DNA of 64,000 nucleotides from an archaeon (GTDB lineage: Archaea > Iainarchaeota > Iainarchaeia > Iainarchaeales > JAAZKV01), in NCBI GenBank assembly GCA_041659525.1, contig JBAZYC010000001.1, positions 321,775 to 385,774 on the forward strand. Direction: 5' to 3'. Position numbers and translations under genes: made by a program. Shown in pieces: positions 38,329 to 46,872 of this stretch. A model generated the notes under the pieces. The model made no database searches and was not told the origin of the DNA. It worked only from the letters and a program-made list of their open reading frames with translations. Within the stretch, counting starts at the first letter, position 1. Every line of letters starts with the position of its first letter.

Positions 38329-39375
38329 ATGTTTATGCAAGAATTTTATAAAAAGTTTTCAACTGAAAAGAATTCTAAAACTATTCAATGCACTGCTTGC
38401 AAACATTATTGCATTATTCCTCAAAGTGGTTTTGGTTTGTGCGGAGCAAGGAAAAATGAGGGCGGAAAAATTAATTTAATTACTCACTCAAAGCCTTGTT
38501 CACTAAATCTTGACCCGATTGAAAAAAAACCTCTTTTCCATTATTTACCAGGAAGCAAAACTCTTAGCATTGGTTTTTTTGGCTGTAATTTTAAGTGTGA
38601 TTTTTGTCAGAACAGTGAAATCTCTTGCACGAGAGGAATTAGTGCTGAAAAAGAAATTGCAAAATTAGGAGAGGTGCCCCCAACTAGACTAGTGGAACTA
38701 GCTAACAAAGAAAGTGCAAAGAGCATTGCTTTTACTTATAACGAACCTGCAATTAGTATTGAATATAATTTAGAAGCAATTGAACTTGCAAAAAAACAAA
38801 AAGGAAAAGAAAAACTTGGAGCGGTTTATGTAAGCAATGGTTATTTGAGTGAGGAGCAATTAAAGGAACTAACAAAAAGTAAAACCAAGCTTGACGCAAT
38901 TAATATTGATCTAAAATCTTTTAGTTCAGATTTTTATAAAAAAACTTGCGGAGCAGAACTTGAGGGAGTCCTAAAAACTATTAGGGCAGTAAAAAAAGCA
39001 GGGATTTGGATTGAGTTAACTACCTTAGTCATCCCTAGTAAAAATGATTCTTCCCAAGAATTAAATCAAATTGCCAGTTGGATTTGTGATTTAGATAAAA
39101 ATATTCCTTGGCACATAAGCGCTTTTTTTCCTAGTTACAAAATGCTTAACATTTCTCCAACAAGTACTGAAGAAATTACTAGTGCAGTAAAAATTGGAAA
39201 AGAAAGCGGATTAACTTTTGTTTACGGTGGAAATGTAAATGCCGGCCTAAGTGACACTTTTTGCCCTAAGTGCAAAAATTTGTTAATTAAAAGAAATAAT
39301 TTTAATGCAAAGATACTTGGGCTTGAAAAAAATAAGTGTAATAAATGCGGAGAGGAAATTAGAGGAGTATTTTAG
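38329..39375 (+). CDS. amrS: AmmeMemoRadiSam system radical SAM enzyme
   Basis: 348-aa ORF with an N-terminal Cys cluster (CTACKHYCIIP...GLCGAR), the radical SAM motif CNFKCDFCQN and a C-terminal Zn ribbon. MEMO and AMMECR1 genes follow. Confidence 0.85.
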   Translation: MFMQEFYKKFSTEKNSKTIQCTACKHYCIIPQSGFGLCGARKNEGGKINLITHSKPCSLNLDPIEKKPLFHYLPGSKTLSIGFFGCNFKCDFCQNSEISCTRGISAEKEIAKLGEVPPTRLVELANKESAKSIAFTYNEPAISIEYNLEAIELAKKQKGKEKLGAVYVSNGYLSEEQLKELTKSKTKLDAINIDLKSFSSDFYKKTCGAELEGVLKTIRAVKKAGIWIELTTLVIPSKNDSSQELNQIASWICDLDKNIPWHISAFFPSYKMLNISPTSTEEITSAVKIGKESGLTFVYGGNVNAGLSDTFCPKCKNLLIKRNNFNAKILGLEKNKCNKCGEEIRGVF

Positions 39376-39429
39376 AAAACAAATTAGGGCTTAATTAATA
39401 TAATTAAAATTATTTGAATTAAACGAATA

Positions 39430-40209
39430 GTGGTTTTTATGGAAGAAATTAGAGAAAGTGTTTATGCGGGTTCTTTTTACCCCAAAGAAAAAAAAGAACT
39501 TTCAAGTATGATTGATTCTTTTTTAAAAAAAGCTAAAGAGAAAAAGTTAAATGGAAAACTTAGGGCACTAATAGTTCCTCACGCAGGATATGTTTACTCA
39601 GGAAATGTTGCAGCTTTGGGTTATAAGTTACTAGAAAAATCAAACCCTAAGAAAATAATTCTTTTTGGTCCAAGTCATCATGCTTATTTAGAAGGAGCTT
39701 ATTCTTTTTCAGGGAGTTGGAGTACTCCTTTAGGAAAAACAATTATTTCTTCTGCGGATTTGCCAATTATCCAAGGAGATAAAGAGCATTGTTTAGAAGT
39801 ACAACTCCCTTTCTTACAAAAAGTACTAAAAAAATTTGAATTCAAGCCAATTATTTATGGAGAAATTTCTGGCGAAGAGCTTGCTGACATAATTAATTCA
39901 GAGATGAATAAAGATTCACTCTTAATTGCAAGTTCTGATCTGAGTCACTATCTTAGTTATGCTCTTGCAAACAAAATTGACAAAGAAACCATTAGCCCTA
40001 TCTTGGAAAAAGACCTTGAAAAATTCGAAAAAGTAGGGAATGCTTGTGGAAAAGTTGGGATTGTTGCTTTAATAATTCTTGCAAACAAGAATAAGTGGAC
40101 GCCAGTGCTTTTAGAGTACAAAAACTCAGGAGACACAGCTGGTGACAAAAAAGGAGTTGTAGGATACACCTCAATTGCTTTTATTGAGAAAGAAAAAATT
40201 GGTGAATGA
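39430..40209 (+). CDS. amrB: MEMO1-family protein (AmmeMemoRadiSam system protein B)
   Basis: AGSFYP, VPHAGYVYSG, GPSHH and SSDLSHY motifs. The likely start is the ATG at 39439. Confidence 0.85.
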   Translation: MVFMEEIRESVYAGSFYPKEKKELSSMIDSFLKKAKEKKLNGKLRALIVPHAGYVYSGNVAALGYKLLEKSNPKKIILFGPSHHAYLEGAYSFSGSWSTPLGKTIISSADLPIIQGDKEHCLEVQLPFLQKVLKKFEFKPIIYGEISGEELADIINSEMNKDSLLIASSDLSHYLSYALANKIDKETISPILEKDLEKFEKVGNACGKVGIVALIILANKNKWTPVLLEYKNSGDTAGDKKGVVGYTSIAFIEKEKIGE

Positions 40210-40280
40210 AAATTAATTTGATAATTAAAAAACTTAAATAAAAAAAATGATTAATGTTAAGATTAATACCTGGTGTTTAA

Positions 40281-40889
40281 ATGGATAAAAGAAAATTAGA
40301 AAATGAAATTGAAAAAGATTTTTCTCTTAGCTCTGCTGAAAAGAAGTTTTGTGTAAATCTTGCAAAAAGATCAATTGAACACTCTTTGAAAAACGAGGGG
40401 TTGCTTAAACTCTCTCCGCTTGAATTAAAGAAACTTCCAAGAAAACTTTGCGAAGAAAAAGCTTGTTTTGTTACTCTTACAATTGATGAAAAACTTAGAG
40501 GGTGTATTGGCCACTTAATTGCAGTTAAACCGCTTTATAGGGATATTATTGAGAATGCTTACGCAGCAGCTTTTTCTGATTCAAGATTTAATCCACTTAA
40601 AGAAAAAGAATTTGAGAATGTTTCAATAGAAGTTTCTGTCCTAACTGATCCTGAGGGACTCTACTATGGTAATGCAAATGATTTACTAAAAAAAATAATT
40701 GTAGGTAAGGATGGAATAATTATTCAAAAAGGGGCCAAAAGTGCTACTTTTTTGCCCAGCGTTTGGGATGATATTTCTTCTAAAGAAGAGTTCCTTTCTG
40801 AGCTCTGCCTAAAAGCAGGTTTAATGGCCACAGAGTGGCAAAAACCGGGTCTTAAAGTTGAAAGGTATTACACAATTAAAGCAAAGTAG
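40281..40889 (+). CDS. amrA: AMMECR1-domain protein (AmmeMemoRadiSam system protein A)
   Basis: 202-aa ORF with ACFVTL...LRGCIGH and DSRFNPL motifs. Confidence 0.85.
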   Translation: MDKRKLENEIEKDFSLSSAEKKFCVNLAKRSIEHSLKNEGLLKLSPLELKKLPRKLCEEKACFVTLTIDEKLRGCIGHLIAVKPLYRDIIENAYAAAFSDSRFNPLKEKEFENVSIEVSVLTDPEGLYYGNANDLLKKIIVGKDGIIIQKGAKSATFLPSVWDDISSKEEFLSELCLKAGLMATEWQKPGLKVERYYTIKAK

Positions 40890-40977
40890 AACTAATTTTA
40901 CCTGTTCAAAACCGCTTTTGGACTGCTTTGAGTTAGGTTATTTAAATGATTGTTTAAGTAAATAAGTCAAGAGTTGT

Positions 40978-41361
40978 TTGGTGGTTATAATGGGCAATAC
41001 ATATACAGTTATTTTAGAAGATGGGGAAGATATTTTCTCAGCTATTGATTCTTTTGTTAGAGAAAACAACATTGGCTACGGATTCATTTCAGGCGGAAAA
41101 GGAGCTCTAAAGGACTTTGATATTATCTCTCACGGTCAACGCGGAACTGTAGAAAAAATTAATTACAAGAGAGAATTTGAAGTTAATGCTCTTAGTGGTA
41201 AAGTTGAAATGAAGGGTAAAGAAGTTAGACTAAAAATGAATGCTTTAATTTCTAGTTCAGGATTCACTCCTGTTACTGGGGAACTATTAACTGGAAAAGC
41301 CGCTGGCTCACTACAAATAACAATTAAATCAGTTGATATGAAGAAAATGATTGAAGCTTAA
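40978..41361 (+). CDS. PPC (DUF296) domain protein
   Basis: 127-aa ORF. Its layout (YTVILEDGEDIFSAIDSFVRENNI..GFISGGKGAL.DF.I) is typical of PPC/DUF296. Confidence 0.65.
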   Translation: MVVIMGNTYTVILEDGEDIFSAIDSFVRENNIGYGFISGGKGALKDFDIISHGQRGTVEKINYKREFEVNALSGKVEMKGKEVRLKMNALISSSGFTPVTGELLTGKAAGSLQITIKSVDMKKMIEA

Positions 41362-41468
41362 ATTTAGCTTTAAATCATTTTTTCTTTTTTTTAATTTTTT
41401 TCTTTTGATTTATTCTAAATTTTTGATTAAATTAGTTACTTTTTCAAATTATTTGTTAATTGAATTAA

Positions 41469-41609
41469 TTACTTTTTCTTTTCGCACTTTGGACATTTCA
41501 TTATTTCGCACTTTCCGCCAACTTCATCTTTTGGAACTTCGCTTCCGCACTTAACACAGTACTGACCGCCTTTTACTAAAGAATCTAAAGAAGGTTTCTT
41601 TTCAGCCAA
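41469..41609 (-). CDS. Small zinc-ribbon protein (below the ORF-track size cutoff)
   Basis: The minus strand reads (L)AEKKPSLDSLVKGGQYCVKCGSEVPKDEVGGKCEIMKCPKCEKKK-TAA with two CxxC pairs. There is no ATG; candidate in-frame starts are TTG 41609, GTG 41618 and TTG 41621/41630. Confidence 0.45.
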   Translation of the reverse strand: MAEKKPSLDSLVKGGQYCVKCGSEVPKDEVGGKCEIMKCPKCEKKK

Positions 41610-41673
41610 ATTAATCACCAATGAAAACAATTACTTTCAATAATAAATAGTTACTCTTTGCCTGATACTTTAA

Positions 41674-41774
41674 TTAATCAAGTTCTTTTTCGTTCACACC
41701 ATCCAATTAGTCTAACTCTTTCTCGTTTACACTATTCAATTTAATCTAGTTCCTTCTCATAGTGCCCGCGTGTG
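41674..41774 (-). repeat. Three tandem 33-34-nt copies of the U32 gene 3' end, each ending in TAA
   Basis: On the minus strand the gene ends ...cac tat gag aag gaa cta gat taa. Next comes ttg aat agt gta aac gag aaa gag tta gac taa, then ttg gat ggt gtg aac gaa aaa gaa ctt gat taa. Confidence 0.7.
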
Positions 41775-44136
41775 AATGAAGCGAATTTCTTTTTTGCATT
41801 TCTTCCATTTATTTTGTCAATTGCAAATTCAATTGCCATTAATACTTCTCGGTCTTCAAATGCAGAGAAATCTATTCCAACTAACCCATATTTAGAAAAT
41901 CTTTGTAATTCAAATAACATATCAACGTGAACTGGATTGTAGAGTCTTAGGATTTTGTCTTCATCAAATCTTGCTCGATATTCAAATCCTTTTCTATCAA
42001 CTAGCACGTAATCTTTTTGCTTTATCTCCCCGTTTTTAGTGTAAGCTTTTGAAGTCATTAAAAGCGGGTAAAAGAAAACAATTGGAACTAGTTTTGAAGT
42101 ATTCTTCAGGTTGTGTATTTGTAAAAAAGAACATTCAACGCTTGGAACTACTTTTTCTGCACCCAAATCAAGCATTAATTTTTCGCTTAGTGAATTAAAT
42201 ACGTTTAATTCTCTATCAACCCAAAATTTGAATTCCTTATTTTTCTTTTTTCTTTGAATTGCAATATAAAGCGCACCTAAATTTGATACAACAAGGTTAT
42301 CCTCTTTTGTTGCTAAATCAAAATCACTTGCTTGGTTTGTAGTTTGAATGTTTGGTGCTTTTACATAAAAGTTTTTTAAAGAAAAATTTTCTTTAGCAAC
42401 AGCTAAATCTTTTACCCCTGAATAATAATGAATTACAGTGTTGAATTCAACGTGGGTTTTAATTAAATTAGTTGTTTCTTCATTAATATTTTTATCAACA
42501 AATACTGCGTAAGCAATTGTGTTTGTTTTTTCATTTTTGCTTACTTCATTTAATAAAACATTTAGTTTTACTGCAAAAACATTTTCGTCAATTGAGTTTC
42601 TGTTTTGTTCAAAAAGAGTGCTTTCCATTTTTTGGAAAATTATTGCTTTGAAATCTTTTAATCTACTTAATGGAATAAATGGTTTTCCTTTTATTTCAGA
42701 AGAGAATTCCCTTGGAGAAAAATAATCTGAGGATTTGAATATTTTTTCTTTCATTAGTTCAGGAGTAGTTTGAGCAGTTTTTGATTCTTCAAGAACAAAT
42801 CCTGAAAGTATTTTTACTTTGTGTTTACCAAATTCTGCTACCGCACTTAATTCTTGTCCGCTTACTGCAAATACTCTTAAATCATAAGACATTTTTTCAG
42901 TTCGCTTTAGTGAAGCAAATGCAGAGTCAACTAGTTGTTGATTTGTAATCATATACAAATTTGAACCCATTTCTACAAATGGTCTTTTTCCCGTATCAAT
43001 GAAAACAAATTGTCCACCAAATGCTTTGTTTACTTCTTTTGATCCATTAAATATTCTTTTTATTTGGAATTCTTCTGATTTTTCTTTGTAAATTACTGCA
43101 AGTCTATCCCATTGGTAAATTGGTTCTATTACTTCTAATTTTAGCATTCCTTGATTAAATCCAATTACTTTTGCGGCGAGTATTCCTTTGTGTGCCGGAC
43201 TTTCTTTTGAAATCATTTGGGGCTCTTCAAAAAAGTATCCGCGAGTATTCTCTCTTGCAAAAGCAATTTTCACCATTTTTTCATCTTGGTTGTTTAATTG
43301 TTTTTCAGCAGGGTTTTCTACAAAACAATCATCAATCGCTTTTCGGTAAGCTCGTGCTACTGTTGCAACGTAACTAATTCCCTTTAGTCTTCCTTCTACT
43401 TTAAATGAATCAATTCCCGCATCAACTAGTGGTTGAATATCACTTAGAGTGTTAAGATCTTTCATTGAGAGAACAAAGTTCTTTTCATTATCAGGAAGAT
43501 TTATTTGTTTTCCTTTTTCAAATAAACTATAATTCATTCTACAAGGTTGCAGACACATTCCTCTGTTTCCTGATTTGTTAAATACAAATGAACTAAATGT
43601 ACATTGACCAGAGTAAGAGAAACATAGTGCTCCGTGAATAAAAGTTTCTATCCCCACTCCTCTTTTTTGCATTACTTTTTTTATTTCTTTTATTTCAGTT
43701 AAAGATAATTCTCGTGAGAGAACAATTTTTTTCGCACCTAAATCTGCAAGTAATTCTGCTCCTGCTAAGTTATGGCAGGTTGTTTGAGTAGAAGCGTGTA
43801 TTTCTAAATCTGGCAATAGTTCATGTATTGCGCTCATTAGTCCAAGGTCCTGAATTATTACTGCATCCATCCCTAAACAATAAGCGTTTTTTGCAAGTTC
43901 AATTGCTTCTTTTAATTCAGAGTCTTTAACTAAAATATTTATTGCTAAATAAACTTTTTTTCCATAGAAGTGAGCAAAATCAATTCCTTGTTTTAGTTCT
44001 TCATCATCAAAATTTCTTGCAGGAATTCTAGCATTAAACTTTCTTGAACCTAGTAAACTGCGTCTGCTCCGTTAAGTATAGAGGCTTTTAGCATATCCAG
44101 TGTTCCTGCTGGCAAAATTAATTCAGGTTTATTCAT
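41741..44136 (-). pseudogene. Peptidase U32 family protein (long form), reading frame broken by a 1-nt frameshift after codon 28
   Basis: ATG at 44136 gives MNKPELILPAGTLDMLKASILNGADAVY, then TAG at 44052-44050. The -1 frame continues LGSRKFNARIPARNFDDEELKQGIDFAHFYGKKVYLAINILVKD...CLGMDAVIIQDLG into the 709-aa ORF 41741..43870 (FIHGALCFSYSGQC, NRGMCLQPCR). The junction restores the family motif GADAVYLG. Confidence 0.8.
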
Positions 44137-44178
44137 TTTCTCACTAAGTATTTACCTAAAGCAAAGTAATTAAAACAC

Positions 44179-44201
44179 AAAAAAAAGCCCCTTTCGAAAG
44201 G
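44179..44201 (-). terminator. Hairpin plus T8 terminator after the cupredoxin gene
   Basis: Palindrome cctttcgaaagg (44190-44201), followed on the minus strand by GGCTTTTTTTT. Confidence 0.6.
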
Positions 44202-44215
44202 AACTTAAAGAAAAT

Positions 44216-44650
44216 TTACTCTACAATGATTTTTGCTTTCATTGAAGGGTGAGAGGTACAGTGATAAGCGTATTCACCTATTGTATTGAAAGTGTGTTGG
44301 TAAACTGATCCTTTTGCTCTTAAACCTGAATCAAGTTCTGTTCCAATATCAGAAGTTACTGTATGCTGGGATGAATCATAATTTTGCCAAGCTACTGTAT
44401 CCCCTTTCTTTATTGTTAATTCGGCTGGATAATAAGCAAAATTCTCTATTCTAATAGAATAAACTTTTGAACCTACATTTCCATCAATTGTATTATTGTC
44501 AAATCCAGTTTGAACAAAATCAGGAGTATTATTTCCTTTAGCATTATTTTGCGGTTCAGGATTAGTTGATATAGTTGATTGAGTGCATCCAAATAATGTT
44601 GCGAAAAGGAGTATTCCTAAAACTAATCCAAAAATAGCTTTTGACTTCAT
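44216..44650 (-). CDS. Lipobox-anchored type-1 copper protein (amicyanin/plastocyanin-like cupredoxin)
   Basis: 144-aa ORF with signal LFATLFGC-TQS. Copper ligands are spaced as HTV...C-T-S-H-P-S-M (CxxHxxM), as in amicyanin. Confidence 0.8.
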   Translation of the reverse strand: MKSKAIFGLVLGILLFATLFGCTQSTISTNPEPQNNAKGNNTPDFVQTGFDNNTIDGNVGSKVYSIRIENFAYYPAELTIKKGDTVAWQNYDSSQHTVTSDIGTELDSGLRAKGSVYQHTFNTIGEYAYHCTSHPSMKAKIIVE

Positions 44651-44741
44651 AAAACCACAACTAAATTACACTTCAATGTTATTATTAACCTAGCTTTAGA
44701 GTTACAAACTAAAAACCTTAAAAAAAAGAACTAATTAAAAC

Positions 44742-44775
44742 TAAAATTTGTTGAACAAATAACTTGTCCAACAAA
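44742..44775 (-). terminator. Hairpin plus T-rich tract 3' of tRNA-Asp
   Basis: Inverted repeat ttgttgaacaa / ttgtccaacaa (10 of 11 bp) 13 nt past the tRNA 3' end, followed on the minus strand by ATTTTAGTTTT. Confidence 0.45.
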
Positions 44776-44787
44776 TTGTACATTTCA

Positions 44788-44860
44788 CGCCTTCTCCGGG
44801 ATTCGGACCCGGGTCGCACCCGTGACAGGGGTGAATCCTAGACCACTGGACGAAAAAGGC
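44788..44860 (-). tRNA. tRNA-Asp (anticodon GUC)
   Basis: The minus strand reads GCCTTTTTCGTCCAGTGGTCTAGGATTCACCCCTGTCACGGGTGCGACCCGGGTCCGAATCCCGGAGAAGGCG. It folds as a 7-bp acceptor stem (one G-U), 4-bp D stem, 5-bp anticodon stem with loop CTGTCAC, and 5-bp T stem with loop TCCGAAT. It has discriminator G, no encoded CCA and no intron. Confidence 0.9.
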
Positions 44861-44977
44861 AGTCTCACAATAGGCCTTTGGCCTTTAATAAAGAAAATAG
44901 CCTTAGTGAAGGTTTTTATTTGTTTTTAGTGGCTCAAAAAAATGAGTATTAAATACACTTACCACCCTATTTGATTT

Positions 44978-45604
44978 ATGATAAAAGTAATTCAAATTAA
45001 AGTAGGAGGTTTTGACAACAACTTTTCTTACCTAATTTTTGATTCTAGTTCAAAACAAAAAGAAGCTATTCTAATTGACTCTACTGGAGAGGCTAATGCA
45101 ATTGAAAAAGAAATTTTGAAACACAAAATAAAAGTAATAGCTCAATTATTTACTCATGCTCACCCTGACCATTGTGAATTAATTGATTATTTTGAATTAA
45201 AAGGAATTAAATCATTTAAACCAAAACCCGCACAACTTGGTTTTATCGAAAATCTTACTTATAGCGGGCTTGATATTAAAGTAATTCACACTCCGGGTCA
45301 CACAAAAGAATGCGTTTGCTTTTTAATTGAAAATAATTTGTTTACAGGAGATACTCTTTTTGTAAAAGGGGTTGGGACTACTAATTATGGAGGAAATGAA
45401 AGTGAACTTAATGAATCTTTAGCGTTTATTTCAACTTTTGATAAAAATTTGACTCTTTGGCCTGGGCATAATTATGGTGGGGCTTCTTCTAAATTAGGAG
45501 AAGCAATCACTAACGCTCACTTAAGACCAAGTAAAGAAATCCTAGAGACTATTAAGAAAAAAGTTATTGAATATGAATCAAAACTTAGCAAGAAAAAATT
45601 TTAG
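44978..45604 (+). CDS. MBL-fold metallo-hydrolase (glyoxalase II-like)
   Basis: 208-aa ORF with THAHPDH (HxHxDH), a later HTPGHT and GDTLF. Confidence 0.85.
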   Translation: MIKVIQIKVGGFDNNFSYLIFDSSSKQKEAILIDSTGEANAIEKEILKHKIKVIAQLFTHAHPDHCELIDYFELKGIKSFKPKPAQLGFIENLTYSGLDIKVIHTPGHTKECVCFLIENNLFTGDTLFVKGVGTTNYGGNESELNESLAFISTFDKNLTLWPGHNYGGASSKLGEAITNAHLRPSKEILETIKKKVIEYESKLSKKKF

Positions 45605-45609
45605 TTTAT

Positions 45610-46161
45610 TTAAAATTTAATTTTCTTTGAAATTAAAACAACTATTGCCCCGCTTATTGCAGTAACAAATTGGATTATCCCAAACATTGTTAAAAAAATT
45701 ACAGGAACTAAATTTAGTGTAAACAAAATTATTGAAACAATAAAAAGAATAGTTGTTTTTATTGTGCTTGAAAGTATTGCAGATTTAAAAAAATCCATTT
45801 TTGCTTTCTTATGAAAACTTCTCGTAAAAAACATCAATGTAAAATTACTTATCCAAATTGCTGGCAGAATTAAAAGTAATTGGGGAGTTAAATTTCCAAA
45901 AAGAATTCCCCCAGTTATTACTGCAATACTCGGAACAAGTGCTAGTAAGAAAACTTTTTTTGTATTATAATCAATTGCTGATTTTATCAAAAGAGCATTA
46001 ACTAGGGTTCCTACAATTAATTGGTTTAGGGGCAAAAGAGGGATTGTGAATAAAGCAAGTAAATAAACTAACAATTCTTTGTTCTCGTTTTTTAGTATTC
46101 CTCCAAAGTAATTAGAATTTTTTTTAGGAGTAATTGTTTTGTAAGAAAATTCTCTGTCCAT
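45610..46161 (-). CDS. Polytopic membrane protein (unknown function)
   Basis: 183-aa ORF with about 5 TM helices. The family is not recognised with confidence. Confidence 0.4.
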   Translation of the reverse strand: MDREFSYKTITPKKNSNYFGGILKNENKELLVYLLALFTIPLLPLNQLIVGTLVNALLIKSAIDYNTKKVFLLALVPSIAVITGGILFGNLTPQLLLILPAIWISNFTLMFFTRSFHKKAKMDFFKSAILSSTIKTTILFIVSIILFTLNLVPVIFLTMFGIIQFVTAISGAIVVLISKKIKF

Positions 46162-46294
46162 TTAACACTAATTAGCACTTAACTTACCTTTAATTAGTGG
46201 GTTGTAAATAAAAGATGGATTTAATTAAAAATTAGAACTAAGGTAATTGGCACTCTTTCATTTTTAGTGAAAGAGTACTTCTCTTTAAATTTTT

Positions 46295-46663
46295 TTAAGC
46301 AATTATTATTCTTCCCTTAGCTTTAGCTGCTTCTTCAGCTCCTTTTTCAAATATTACTTCTGTTCCTGCTGGGAAATCTTCTTTGTATACTCCCTCAATC
46401 ATGAGTACTACTTGTGCTCCTTCTTTTGTACAACAGCCGTCTCCAGATTTTGATTCTACACTTATTACTTGTGTAGAACTTTTTCCAGCAACCTTCATTT
46501 TTTTTGCTACTGCTCCTTCAACGAGTTTTGCAATAACGCAAACTGCATCCATTCCTACAAATTTTTCTGCTTTAATTACTTTTATTTTTCCTCTAGTATG
46601 AGAAGCGGCGTTAACACCATTCATACTTCCAAATGTTAATGAACTTAGACTCAAATCAATCAC
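46295..46663 (-). CDS. Hypothetical small protein (beta-barrel-like)
   Basis: 122-aa ORF downstream of RuBisCO beyond a terminator-like hairpin. It has balanced composition, and the start may be an internal Met. Confidence 0.35.
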   Translation of the reverse strand: MIDLSLSSLTFGSMNGVNAASHTRGKIKVIKAEKFVGMDAVCVIAKLVEGAVAKKMKVAGKSSTQVISVESKSGDGCCTKEGAQVVLMIEGVYKEDFPAGTEVIFEKGAEEAAKAKGRIIIA

Positions 46664-46810
46664 CCATGTAGTTTAATTTCTTTTTCGGAAAGGCAAATTT
46701 CCGCAATAGTTATTCCTTTTTGATTAATAAACTTTCTCTTTACTAAAAGCAAACCAAAAAAAACAAGGAAAAACGTTGCAAAAAGAAGTTAAAAAAATAC
46801 AAGAACTAAA

Positions 46811-46853
46811 AACAGAAAAAAAGAAGAAAACTAGTGACTTTTTTAGCCACTAG
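46811..46853 (-). terminator. Weak hairpin plus long T-rich tract after rbcL
   Basis: 6-bp stem ctagtg/cactag, followed on the minus strand by TTTTCTTCTTTTTTTCTGTTTTT. Confidence 0.4.
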
Positions 46854-46872
46854 CGTTTTTTAAAAAAAGATT

